A stretch of DNA of 64,000 bases. Origin: a virus. The notes beneath the pieces were generated by a model. The model was given only the letters and a program-made list of their open reading frames with translations, did no database searches and was not told where the DNA came from. Shown here piece by piece: positions 1 to 7,995 of this stretch. The translations under genes were made by a program, and so were the position numbers. Positions within the stretch are counted from its first letter, which is position 1, and every line of letters begins with the position of its first letter. The stretch spans positions 40,866 through 104,865 of the IMG/VR virus record IMGVR_UViG_3300037467_001303, one strand, 5' to 3'.

Positions 1-390
1 GCCGCGGACCACCCGGCACCACTCGGGTTTCACCCCGAGCTGTTCGAGGAAATCGCGGCGGTAGGCGAAGCTGTTGCGGTCGTCCTTGAGTTCTCCGACC
101 TCGTCGTGGTATTGCACGTCGCCGCCTCCTTCAGGTTCCGTCCCCAGTAGAGGGATCAGTGTGTAATTAGCGCCAGTTGGTACATTAACACTAATTCCGG
201 CTGACAACCATTCAACTGTTGTTTCTAGCGCCTCGGCAATTTTCTTTAACCGATGGTATGCCGGTATCGCCCCTTTTTCCTCCCATCCGTGGACCGCCTG
301 CTGTGTCACGCCGGATTCGATGCCGAGGTCATTGCGGCTCATTTTGAGTTCTTCGCGTCTCTGTTTGATGCGTGCACCGATGGTCGACAT
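1..390 (-). CDS. cI: Phage CI-like repressor (HTH_3 plus linker towards a probable S24 peptidase domain), truncated by the window edge
   Basis: Not in the ORF track. Manual translation: MSTIGARIKQRREELKMSRNDLGIESGVTQQAVHGWEEKGAIP...KIAEALETTVEWL...SFAYRRDFLEQLGVKPEWCRVVRG. GGAGAA RBS upstream; divergent from cro. Confidence 0.9.
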   Translation of the reverse strand, partial: MSTIGARIKQRREELKMSRNDLGIESGVTQQAVHGWEEKGAIPAYHRLKKIAEALETTVEWLSAGISVNVPTGANYTLIPLLGTEPEGGGDVQYHDEVGELKDDRNSFAYRRDFLEQLGVKPEWCRVVRG

Positions 391-446
391 GGCCAATTCT
401 CCGTCATTGGGAAGTATTCACGAGTAGCAACATAACACAGCGCACA

Positions 447-506
447 TTAAAGTGGCGCTTGCCCGTTTCAAGTTTTACTTGAAGTTTCAAGTAGGACTTG
501 TAAAAT
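447..506. promoter_or_regulatory. Three 17-bp operators and rightward promoter PR
   Basis: TTAAAG-TGGCG-CTTGCC (447-463), TTCAAG-TTTTA-CTTGAA (467-483, perfect arms) and TTCAAG-TAGGA-CTTGTA (486-502). -35 TTGAAG (479-484), 16-bp spacer, -10 TAAAAT (501-506). Confidence 0.75.
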
Positions 507-512
507 GCCCTC

Positions 513-788
513 ATGAAAAAACTTTCCGCACGGATGCTCGCCGCCCGCCTGCGCCGCGAACGCAGGCACCTCGACCGCGCCATCGAGCACGTCGGCTCGC
601 AGTCCAAGCTGGCCCGCCTGCTGGGCGTGTCGCCCCAGGCCGTGCGGCAGTGGTACACCAACGAGACCGGCGTGCCGCCGCGCCGCTGCCCGCAGATCGA
701 ACGCCTCACGCGCGGCAAGGTCATGTGCGAGCAGCTGCGCGAGGAATTCGAGTGGGTGCGCGTCATCAGGAAAGGTGCCCGCGAGTGA
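513..788 (+). CDS. cro: Cro/YdaS-like repressor
   Basis: AIEHVGSQSKLARLLGVSPQAVRQW...VPPRRCPQIERLTRGKV pattern; divergent from cI. Confidence 0.88.
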   Translation: MKKLSARMLAARLRRERRHLDRAIEHVGSQSKLARLLGVSPQAVRQWYTNETGVPPRRCPQIERLTRGKVMCEQLREEFEWVRVIRKGARE

Positions 789-1213
789 AGCGCACGACGC
801 CCATGAAACGCACCGGCTTCAAGGCCAGGGCGCCCGGCGACACGCCGGCCAAGGCGCCGTACCCGCGCGTCACGTTCGCCCGGAAGGAGGGCCTGAAAAC
901 CCGCCAGCGCGCCGTCACGCCCGAGGAAAAGGTCCTGTGGGACCGCCTGGCCAACGAGGTCGGCTGTGTCGCCTGCCTGGTGGCCGGCCTGCCGACCTCG
1001 AACCACGTCTCGATCCACCACATCGACGGCCGCACCAAGGAAGGTTGCCACCGCAATGTCCTTCCCTTGTGCGCGGGCCATCACCAGCAGGGCACCGGCA
1101 ACGACAAGAGCCTGGTGGCCGTGCACCCGAACAAGGCCCGTTTCGAGAAGCTGTACGGCACCCAGGAATACCTGCGTCTGTACGCGTTCAACCTGCTGGA
1201 GGTGCTGCCGTGA
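785..1213 (+). CDS. ref: Ref-family RecA-dependent HNH nuclease
   Basis: GTGA overlap with the cro stop; basic N-terminus, GCVAC, IHHIDGRTK, VLPLCAGHHQ, VHPNKARFEKLYGT. Confidence 0.8.
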   Translation: MKRTTPMKRTGFKARAPGDTPAKAPYPRVTFARKEGLKTRQRAVTPEEKVLWDRLANEVGCVACLVAGLPTSNHVSIHHIDGRTKEGCHRNVLPLCAGHHQQGTGNDKSLVAVHPNKARFEKLYGTQEYLRLYAFNLLEVLP

Positions 1214-1518
1214 GCGCCGGCCTGCCGATGGATGCCGAGCTGGTCGAGCTGGTCGACTCCCTGCGCGACGAGATCGACGTGCTGGAGGCCCAGCTGGCCG
1301 CGCTGGAGGCGGGCGAGCATGGCGAGGCGCTGAAAGCCGAGATCCGCAAGCGCTTCGGCATCGACCGCCGCCTGCAGCAGAGCATGGAACAGGTCAAGGC
1401 GATGGAAGCGACGATCCGCCGTCACGAAAAATGGCACGAGAAGGTCGCCGCACTGGTCGGCACCCGCAATCGTAACGCCATCCTCGAGATCATCCAGGAC
1501 CTGCGGGCGCGCCCATGA
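1210..1518 (+). CDS. Hypothetical coiled-coil protein
   Basis: Coupled by GTGA and ATGA overlaps on both sides; typical codon bias. Confidence 0.7.
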   Translation: MSAGLPMDAELVELVDSLRDEIDVLEAQLAALEAGEHGEALKAEIRKRFGIDRRLQQSMEQVKAMEATIRRHEKWHEKVAALVGTRNRNAILEIIQDLRARP

Positions 1519-3026
1519 CCGAGCTGGCCGTGCCCGACATCTACGCCGGCCTGCGCGGCTACCAGATCGCCGGCATCGAGGCGATCCGCCACGCGATCGC
1601 GGCCGGCAAGCGCCGCATCTGCCTGGTGGCGCCGACCGGCTCCGGGAAAACCAAGCTGGCCGCGTTCATGGTCCGCGAAGCGCGCCGCAAGATGAAGAAG
1701 GTCGCCTTCGTGTGCGACCGCATCAACCTGATCGACCAGACCAGCCGCGTGTTCGACGCCGAGGAGATCCCGCACGGCGTGATGCAGTCCAACCACTACC
1801 GCGTGGTGCCGTGGGAGCGCGTGCAGGTGTGCTCGGTGCAGACCCTGGCCCGGCGCAAGTGGCCCGAGGCCCAGCTGGTCCTGGTCGACGAATGCCACTC
1901 GGTGAGCCGCACCGTCACCCAGAAGATGGCGGCCGAACCCGACACCATCTTCGTCGGCCTGACCGCGACCCCGTTCACGAAGGGCATGGGCAAGCTGTAC
2001 GACGCCATGATCAACGTGGCCACCACCAACGAACTCATCAACACCGGGTTCCTGGCGCCGTACCGGATCTATGCCGCGCGCGAGCCGGACATGACCGGCG
2101 TGCCGGTCATCGGCGGCGAGTGGGAAGTGCGCGAGACCAGCAAGCGCGCCCTGGCCGTGGTCGGCGACTGCGTGGCCGAGTACCTGAAGCTGGGACAAGG
2201 CCGCAAGTTCATCTGCAGCGCGGTCGACACCGCCCACGTGCAGGAGCTGGAGCGCCAGTTCATGGCCGCCGGCGTCATCACCCGGGCCTACACCTACCGC
2301 GAGGACGACATCGAGCGCGCCGAGGTGGTCGAGGAATTCCGCCGGCCCGACTCCAGCATCCGCGGCCTGATCACCGTGACCGCCGCCAGCAAGGGTTTTG
2401 ACGTGCCCGACATCGGCGTGGTCATCATGGCGCGCCCGTTGCGCAACTCGCTGGCCGAATATATCCAGCTGTTCGGCCGGGGCCTGCGCATCAGCGAGGG
2501 CAAGGACGCCTGCATCGTGCTGGACCACTCCGGCAACTCGGAGCGCTTCTGGGCGCGCTGGACCCGCTTTTTCGCCGAGGGCTGCCTGGAACTGGACAAG
2601 GGCAAGCAGGGCCGCAGCAGCAGTGCCAAGGCCGACAAGGAAATCAAGCCGGTGAAATGCCCGTCGTGCGCGCACCTGCACGACCCGCTGCCGTACTGCC
2701 CGGCCTGCGGCCACGTGTACCCGCCCAAGCCGGCGCTGCTGCACAAGCCCGGCAGCCTGGTCGAGCTGGTCGCCACGCGTGACGCCAGCCTCATGGTGGC
2801 CGAGCTGTACCCGCAGATCGTCTCCGAGGCGATCCGCCTGGGCAAGGGAGAAAGCTGGGCCAAGGACAGGTACGCCCAGATCACCGGCCAGCCGCCGGGC
2901 GTGGCGTTCGCCGACGTGGTGCCGGTCGAGGCCGGGCGCGAGGTCAAGGGCAAGCTGCGCTCGATCAACATCGCCTGGGCCAAGGCGCGCATGAAGGCCG
3001 GCCAGCGCCTGCGGGGTGGTGCCTGA
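1515..3026 (+). CDS. Superfamily 2 DEAD/DEAH-box helicase with C-terminal Zn finger
   Basis: APTGSGKT, DECH, GLTATP, KGFDVPD, QLFGRGLR, CPSC...CPAC. Confidence 0.93.
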   Translation: MTELAVPDIYAGLRGYQIAGIEAIRHAIAAGKRRICLVAPTGSGKTKLAAFMVREARRKMKKVAFVCDRINLIDQTSRVFDAEEIPHGVMQSNHYRVVPWERVQVCSVQTLARRKWPEAQLVLVDECHSVSRTVTQKMAAEPDTIFVGLTATPFTKGMGKLYDAMINVATTNELINTGFLAPYRIYAAREPDMTGVPVIGGEWEVRETSKRALAVVGDCVAEYLKLGQGRKFICSAVDTAHVQELERQFMAAGVITRAYTYREDDIERAEVVEEFRRPDSSIRGLITVTAASKGFDVPDIGVVIMARPLRNSLAEYIQLFGRGLRISEGKDACIVLDHSGNSERFWARWTRFFAEGCLELDKGKQGRSSSAKADKEIKPVKCPSCAHLHDPLPYCPACGHVYPPKPALLHKPGSLVELVATRDASLMVAELYPQIVSEAIRLGKGESWAKDRYAQITGQPPGVAFADVVPVEAGREVKGKLRSINIAWAKARMKAGQRLRGGA

Positions 3027-3916
3027 TGGACTTCTACAACACCCTGCTGGCCGCCGGCTTCCTGCCGCGCGAGGTCGCCCCGAACGGCAAGTGGTATCGC
3101 TGCGCCACGGCCGACAAGCCGAAGAAGAAGAACGGCGCCTACATGCTGCGCATCGACGGCCGCCGCGGCTACTACAAGGACTACGCGGTCGACGAGGAGT
3201 GGATCGAGTGGACCGACGACACCCCGGTCTCGCCGATCGAGAGAAAGCGCATCGAGCGCGACAACGCGCAGCGCCGCCAGCGCGAGCGCGAGAAGGCCGC
3301 GCGCGCCTACCAGGGCATGGTCCGCTACTACCAGTCGCTGCCGCGCCTGTACGACGGCCACCCGTACCTGGCCCGCAAGGGCCTGTCCATGCTCGGCGGC
3401 GACAAGCTGCGCCTCGATGGCGAGGTGCTGGTCTGGCCGCTGTTCAGGGACGGGCGCCTCGCCACCGTCCAGCGCATCTGGCCGGACGGCACCAAGCGCA
3501 ACTACACCGGCTGCTCGACCAAGGGCGTCTCGCTGCTGCTGACCCGCCCCGGCGCCGTCCTGCACGGCTTCGCCGAAGGGTTCGCCACCGGCCTGGCGCT
3601 GTTCCAGACCCTGGCCAACAGCCAGATCGAGATCTGCCTGGACGCCGGCAACCTGGTCGAGGTGGTTTCGCGTTCGACCGTGGCCGGCCTGGCCGTGGTG
3701 TGCGGCGACAACGACTGGGAGACCTGCGAACGCCGTGGCTTCAACCCCGGCGTCGAGAAGGCCACCAAGGCGGCCGAGGTGCTCGGCTGCGGCGTGGCCT
3801 ACCCCGAGAACATCGTCGGTTCGGACTGGGCCGACGCGCTGCTGGAGTGGGGAGAAGAGGGGCCGCGACGGCTGCGCATGGCGATCATGCGCGCGGCGAA
3901 GCCGGTGATCCGGTAG
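3026..3916 (+). CDS. Toprim-domain DNA primase
   Basis: HPYLARKGL, AEGFATG, DAGNL, CGDND, SDWAD motifs; TGATG coupling to the helicase. Confidence 0.88.
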   Translation: MDFYNTLLAAGFLPREVAPNGKWYRCATADKPKKKNGAYMLRIDGRRGYYKDYAVDEEWIEWTDDTPVSPIERKRIERDNAQRRQREREKAARAYQGMVRYYQSLPRLYDGHPYLARKGLSMLGGDKLRLDGEVLVWPLFRDGRLATVQRIWPDGTKRNYTGCSTKGVSLLLTRPGAVLHGFAEGFATGLALFQTLANSQIEICLDAGNLVEVVSRSTVAGLAVVCGDNDWETCERRGFNPGVEKATKAAEVLGCGVAYPENIVGSDWADALLEWGEEGPRRLRMAIMRAAKPVIR

Positions 3917-3928
3917 CCGCACAGGCAG

Positions 3929-4110
3929 CGCACTGGTCGGGTCAGAAGACGACAGCGGTGCGTGGTGAGGCTCCTACTGTGGGAAGTGTCTGAAACAGGA
4001 GCGATGGGCGGCGAAGCCAGCACCCATGACACGCAAGGCTGGCGCGTCGTGCGGCTCCGTCGGAGAAGTGCGTAAAGGCAGGCGTCAGGGAAGGCTACGT
4101 CTGCCCACCA
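3929..4110 (+). ncRNA. Candidate structured RNA or ssDNA element (multi-helix junction with pseudoknot)
   Basis: About seven complementary segment pairs in an ORF-free gap; detailed in findings. Confidence 0.5.
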
Positions 4111-4191
4111 TCAGAGAAACGGGGTTGCGCAGGCGGCAGCACAGAGAGAAGCAGGAAAGCGGGCAGTACCTATAACCAGCAAGGGGAACAC

Positions 4192-4764
4192 ATGAAGATC
4201 GAGATCATCAGCATCCTGGACCGCAGCGGCTCGATGTCGCACCTGCGCCACGACACCATCAACGGCTACAACGGCTTCCTGTCCGAGCAGAGGACCGTGC
4301 CCGGCCAGGCGCGCGCGACCCTGGTCCTGTTCGACGACAAGATCGACACCCTGTACGAGGGTGTCAACATCGCGCACCTGGGCAACCTGACCAGCGTGCA
4401 CTACGAGCCGAACGGCACCACGGCGGTCTGGGACGCGATCTGCCGCACCCTGCTGCGCCAGCGCGCGCGCATCACCGCCGAAGGCTGGGCCGACAAGGTG
4501 ATCGTCAACGTCGTCACCGACGACGGCGACAACGCCAGCAAGGACTTCACCGAGGCCAAGACCCGCGCCCTGCGCCGCGAGGTCGAGCAGGAGAACGGCT
4601 GGATCGTGCGCTACGACGCCTGCGGCAAGAAGGCAGAGCTGGGCGGCCAGAACCTGGGCATCGACCCGAAGTACCTGCGCACCTTCGCCGGCAACGCGCA
4701 GGGCGTGGCCGACACCTACGCGACCATGAGCGCGTTCGCCACCAGCGTCCGCACCAGCGCCTGA
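4192..4764 (+). CDS. vWA domain protein
   Basis: MIDAS motif ILDRSGSM, T-A-V-W-D-A-I, VVTDDGDNAS. Confidence 0.88.
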   Translation: MKIEIISILDRSGSMSHLRHDTINGYNGFLSEQRTVPGQARATLVLFDDKIDTLYEGVNIAHLGNLTSVHYEPNGTTAVWDAICRTLLRQRARITAEGWADKVIVNVVTDDGDNASKDFTEAKTRALRREVEQENGWIVRYDACGKKAELGGQNLGIDPKYLRTFAGNAQGVADTYATMSAFATSVRTSA

Positions 4765-5189
4765 TGCCGCGCCTGCCACGTCCTCCGATGCCGGTCGCGC
4801 CCGCGGTGCGCAAGATCCGGGTGACGCGCGAGTTCGAGAAGGATTTCAACAAGGTCGCCTGGTTCTACGACTGGGAGAAGGCCGACATCGACTTCGAGAA
4901 ATCGCGCATCCGCGTCAAGCAGGCCGCCATGGACGACATCCCGGTCCTGGCCCGCGTGATCCGGGCGCTGGAGGTGGTGGCAAGGCACTACGGCTGGACG
5001 GTCGAGGAGATGGGACAGTGGCGCAGTCCCCTGCGCCACCCCGGCCCCGACCGCGATTTCATCCTCACCCTGGCGATGGCCCTGCAGCACGGCTACCGCC
5101 AGACCCCTGGCAACAACCACCAGCGCCTGGGCGAATGGCTGGCCGAGAACGGCCTGGACCCGGTCTATTCCGAAGGAGACGTGCGATGA
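4764..5189 (+). CDS. Hypothetical protein
   Basis: TGATG coupling; codon bias. Confidence 0.7.
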   Translation: MPRLPRPPMPVAPAVRKIRVTREFEKDFNKVAWFYDWEKADIDFEKSRIRVKQAAMDDIPVLARVIRALEVVARHYGWTVEEMGQWRSPLRHPGPDRDFILTLAMALQHGYRQTPGNNHQRLGEWLAENGLDPVYSEGDVR

Positions 5190-5587
5190 AGATGCCGAAC
5201 CCGAACTCGTGTGGCCGCAAGATCACCAACCTGCTGCTGACCGGCGTTGCCATCACGCCCGAGGAAGGCATCCTGTTGCACGGCACGCTGCGCCTGACGC
5301 TGGCCGAGATCGGCGACCTGTACCGCGAGCTGGTGGTGCGCGGCTGCGCAGTCATGGTCAGCGAGATCGGCCCGCGCATCGAGGCCAGTGACGCGCTGCT
5401 GGACAAGTACGGCCTGATCGAGATCTCGGAGAAGGAAAAGGGCGAGAAGGTGCCGCCGCCGACCCGTCCGCCGTTCCGGCCGCTGTCGAACCGCTACCTG
5501 CCGTCCTCGCGTGGCCAGCGCGAAGGCAGCAACGACATGCGCGACAAGCCCAGCCACTACGCCAAGCTGTCCGGGGTCCCTGCATGA
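5186..5587 (+). CDS. Hypothetical protein
   Basis: AAGGAG RBS and ATGA overlap (MKMPNPNSCGRK...). Confidence 0.7.
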   Translation: MKMPNPNSCGRKITNLLLTGVAITPEEGILLHGTLRLTLAEIGDLYRELVVRGCAVMVSEIGPRIEASDALLDKYGLIEISEKEKGEKVPPPTRPPFRPLSNRYLPSSRGQREGSNDMRDKPSHYAKLSGVPA

Positions 5588-5820
5588 GCGTGATCTATCT
5601 CGCCAACGTGCGCGCCGCGCGCGCCGCGCGCAACCTGGCCGAATCCCTGTCGAGCGACCCGGCGGTGCGCCGCGCCGCCCGCGTGCGCGCGATCGCCGCG
5701 ATCAACAAGCGCGAGCAGCGCTGGAAGAACCCGCAGCCGGCCGAGGTGATCTACCTCGACACCCGGATCGCCGAGCTGGGCCGCGCATCCTGGAGCAGCA
5801 GCAACCCGAAGGATTACTGA
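5584..5820 (+). CDS. Hypothetical protein
   Basis: ATGA coupling; codon bias. Confidence 0.65.
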   Translation: MSVIYLANVRAARAARNLAESLSSDPAVRRAARVRAIAAINKREQRWKNPQPAEVIYLDTRIAELGRASWSSSNPKDY

Positions 5821-6158
5821 TGCGCCGGCCCAAGTTCCATAACATCAAGACGATGGTCGATGGCATCCCGTTCGACTCGCGCGCCGAGGCCCGCCGCTGG
5901 AAGAACCTGGTCGCGCTGGAGCAGATGGGGTCGATCTCGAACCTGCGCCGCCAGGTGAAGTTCGAGCTGATCCCGTCGGTGCGCATCCTCGGCAGCAAAC
6001 GGGCCACGCCGGCCCTGCGCTACGTCGCCGACTTCGTCTACGACCAGGGCGGCAGGACGATCGTCGAGGATGTGAAGGGCCTCCTGACCCCGGTCTACAA
6101 GATCAAGCGCCACCTGATGAAGCACATTTTCAACATCGACATCCTGGAGACCAAGTGA
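5820..6158 (+). CDS. DUF1064 family protein (PD-(D/E)xK nuclease-like)
   Basis: KFHNIKTMVDGIPFDSRAEARRW...RQVKFEL...YVADFVY...VEDVKG. Confidence 0.88.
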   Translation: MRRPKFHNIKTMVDGIPFDSRAEARRWKNLVALEQMGSISNLRRQVKFELIPSVRILGSKRATPALRYVADFVYDQGGRTIVEDVKGLLTPVYKIKRHLMKHIFNIDILETK

Positions 6159-6346
6159 TTACCCAAGCCCAAGAGAACGAGCGCGATGCGCGCCGCTACC
6201 GCATGGTGCGCGAACTGCTGTGCGCCAGCGACGAGCGCCTGGACGAGATCGCGGACATGATCGACCCGATCCTGGGCAATCACCCGACCCCGCAGCTGGT
6301 CGACCGCGCCATCGACCACGTCCTGACCACCCTGAAAATCGTTTGA
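6155..6346 (+). CDS. Hypothetical protein
   Basis: GGAG RBS and GTGA overlap; DARRYR motif common in small phage proteins. Confidence 0.65.
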   Translation: MITQAQENERDARRYRMVRELLCASDERLDEIADMIDPILGNHPTPQLVDRAIDHVLTTLKIV

Positions 6347-6353
6347 GGTTCCC

Positions 6354-6869
6354 ATGATCCTGGCCGAACGCTACGCCCGCGCCACCATTTCCGGCAACCT
6401 GCGCAACGACGCGCTGCACCACACGCCCGACGTGCTGATGGCCGTGGCCCTGGCCGGCGGCTTCAGTTCCCAGCTCATCCGCCTGAAATTCGGCAACGAG
6501 GCGCCCAGCTACCGTCGCGTGCTGCACGAATGGACCTGGCTGGTCTCGACCAAGGCGGTGCGCCGCACCTGGCCGGACCACATCCCGGTCGACGCCGTCG
6601 CCCACTACTCGCTGCGTTACTGGCTCAACTCCGTGTGCCCGGCCTGCACCAGCCACGGCAAGGTCAAGGAGCTGGGCGCGCCGGTGCTGTCCGAGCGTGA
6701 CTGCCCGCTGTGCGGCGGCAGCGGCCAGGCCGAACTGCGCTGCGACACCCGCCTGCGCGACTATGTGCTCGACATGATCGAGGAACTGGAAGCGTATGTG
6801 CGCCGCGGCGTGTTCCGTGCAAAGAAGAAAATGCGCAGCGACCGCGAGGACGCCGAGGCCAGGCTCTGA
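6354..6869 (+). CDS. Antitermination protein Q-like (Zn finger)
   Basis: Last gene of the early operon, directly before a sigma70 promoter; WLNSVCPAC...CPLCGGSG. Confidence 0.7.
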   Translation: MILAERYARATISGNLRNDALHHTPDVLMAVALAGGFSSQLIRLKFGNEAPSYRRVLHEWTWLVSTKAVRRTWPDHIPVDAVAHYSLRYWLNSVCPACTSHGKVKELGAPVLSERDCPLCGGSGQAELRCDTRLRDYVLDMIEELEAYVRRGVFRAKKKMRSDREDAEARL

Positions 6870-6894
6870 ATTTGTTGCAGCCTGCAAAAATGGC

Positions 6895-6923
6895 TTGAAG
6901 TCGGCCGCCGGAATCCGTATTCT
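6895..6923 (+). promoter_or_regulatory. Probable late promoter (pR'-like)
   Basis: TTGAAG (6895-6900), 17-bp spacer, TATTCT (6918-6923), just after the Q-like gene. Confidence 0.6.
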
Positions 6924-7143
6924 GGCGGCACTGCTGAGCACATTGGGTTGTATTGGCTGAACACTGGCCCTTTCTGCTTTGCATAACTCGGGCGAATACC
7001 CGGTGTTATCCGGGTCTCAGCGACGAACCGTGCAGTAGCGGACGGCGACCCTGCTGGACCCCGTTCGTCCGTACCATTCTCCGGGGTGCAACACTGTAAG
7101 GCCCAGCCCCTCTATCCCGTCACCGACCCTATAGAGGAACATC

Positions 7144-7416
7144 ATGTCTGATGTCATGGTCTGCAAACTGCAACTCCACAGCGCCAGCCCGGCCCGATCG
7201 AGCAGCAACACCGGCGGCGAGCTGACCGGCGCCTATGTGAAATTCGGCGCGGTCTGGGAAGGCACCACCGAGAAGCAGGCGATGAGCGAGAACGCCATCT
7301 TCGGCCACTGGACCCCCTGCGCGGAATTCAACGCCTCGATCCTGAACCAGGCCGTCGTCGACAAGCTCGTCGTCGGCAAGAAATACTACGTGACCTTCAC
7401 CGAAGCGCCCGACTGA
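7144..7416 (+). CDS. Hypothetical protein
   Basis: GAGG RBS; codon bias; first late gene. Confidence 0.75.
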   Translation: MSDVMVCKLQLHSASPARSSSNTGGELTGAYVKFGAVWEGTTEKQAMSENAIFGHWTPCAEFNASILNQAVVDKLVVGKKYYVTFTEAPD

Positions 7417-7481
7417 TTCCTGCGGAGGTACGGGGCCGCCCTGGCGCTTGGCGCCTGCCCGTCATCCGCAACCCTTTACGC

Positions 7482-7508
7482 AAACCCGCCACCCGGCGGG
7501 TTTTTTTT
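7482..7508 (+). terminator. Intrinsic terminator
   Basis: AAACCCGCC-ACCC-GGCGGG followed by T8. Confidence 0.85.
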
Positions 7509-7557
7509 CGTCTCGACCCCTGTATGTCCGGCGTGAACGCTGGCGAGGAGATCTATC

Positions 7558-7977
7558 ATGGCCATGAACACCCAGCTTGCCGACGCCACCGTCAACGCCC
7601 AGGCGGACGCCCTGTCGGCCCTCCTGAACAACGGCTACCTGCGCATCTACAGCGGCACCCAGCCAGCCACCGCCAACACGGCGCTGTCCGGCAACACGCT
7701 GCTGGCCGAGCTGCGCTTTGCCGCCACCGCCGCGCCGGCCGCAGTCGGCGGCCTGATCACGTTCAACGCGATCACCGCCGATTCCAGCGCCGACAACACC
7801 GGCACCGCGACCTTCTTCCGCGCGTTCAAGAGCGACGGCACGACCGTCGTGCTGGACGGCTCGGTCGGCACCAGCGCCGCCAACATGATCATCGCCACGA
7901 CCAGCATCAGCTCGGGCCAGACCGTGTCTTGCTCGTCGTTCACGCATGATGTCCTGAACTCGTCGGCAGGCCTTTAA
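7558..7977 (+). CDS. Virion structural or fibre-associated protein (paralogue of 42398-43168)
   Basis: LRIYSGTQPATA...LLA and GTATFFR...DGSVGTS motifs shared with the 42398 protein; GAGGAG RBS. Confidence 0.7.
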   Translation: MAMNTQLADATVNAQADALSALLNNGYLRIYSGTQPATANTALSGNTLLAELRFAATAAPAAVGGLITFNAITADSSADNTGTATFFRAFKSDGTTVVLDGSVGTSAANMIIATTSISSGQTVSCSSFTHDVLNSSAGL

Positions 7978-7995
7978 GGCTGAGCTGGGGCCGCC

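Noticed and set aside
391-512. LexA box controlling the switch
   Set aside because: No CTGT-N8-ACAG found by eye here or at the other candidate promoters.
6945-7076. Functional tRNA gene(s) after Q
   Set aside because: No complete cloverleaf and no intact GTTCRA T-loop; only fragments, reported as a finding.
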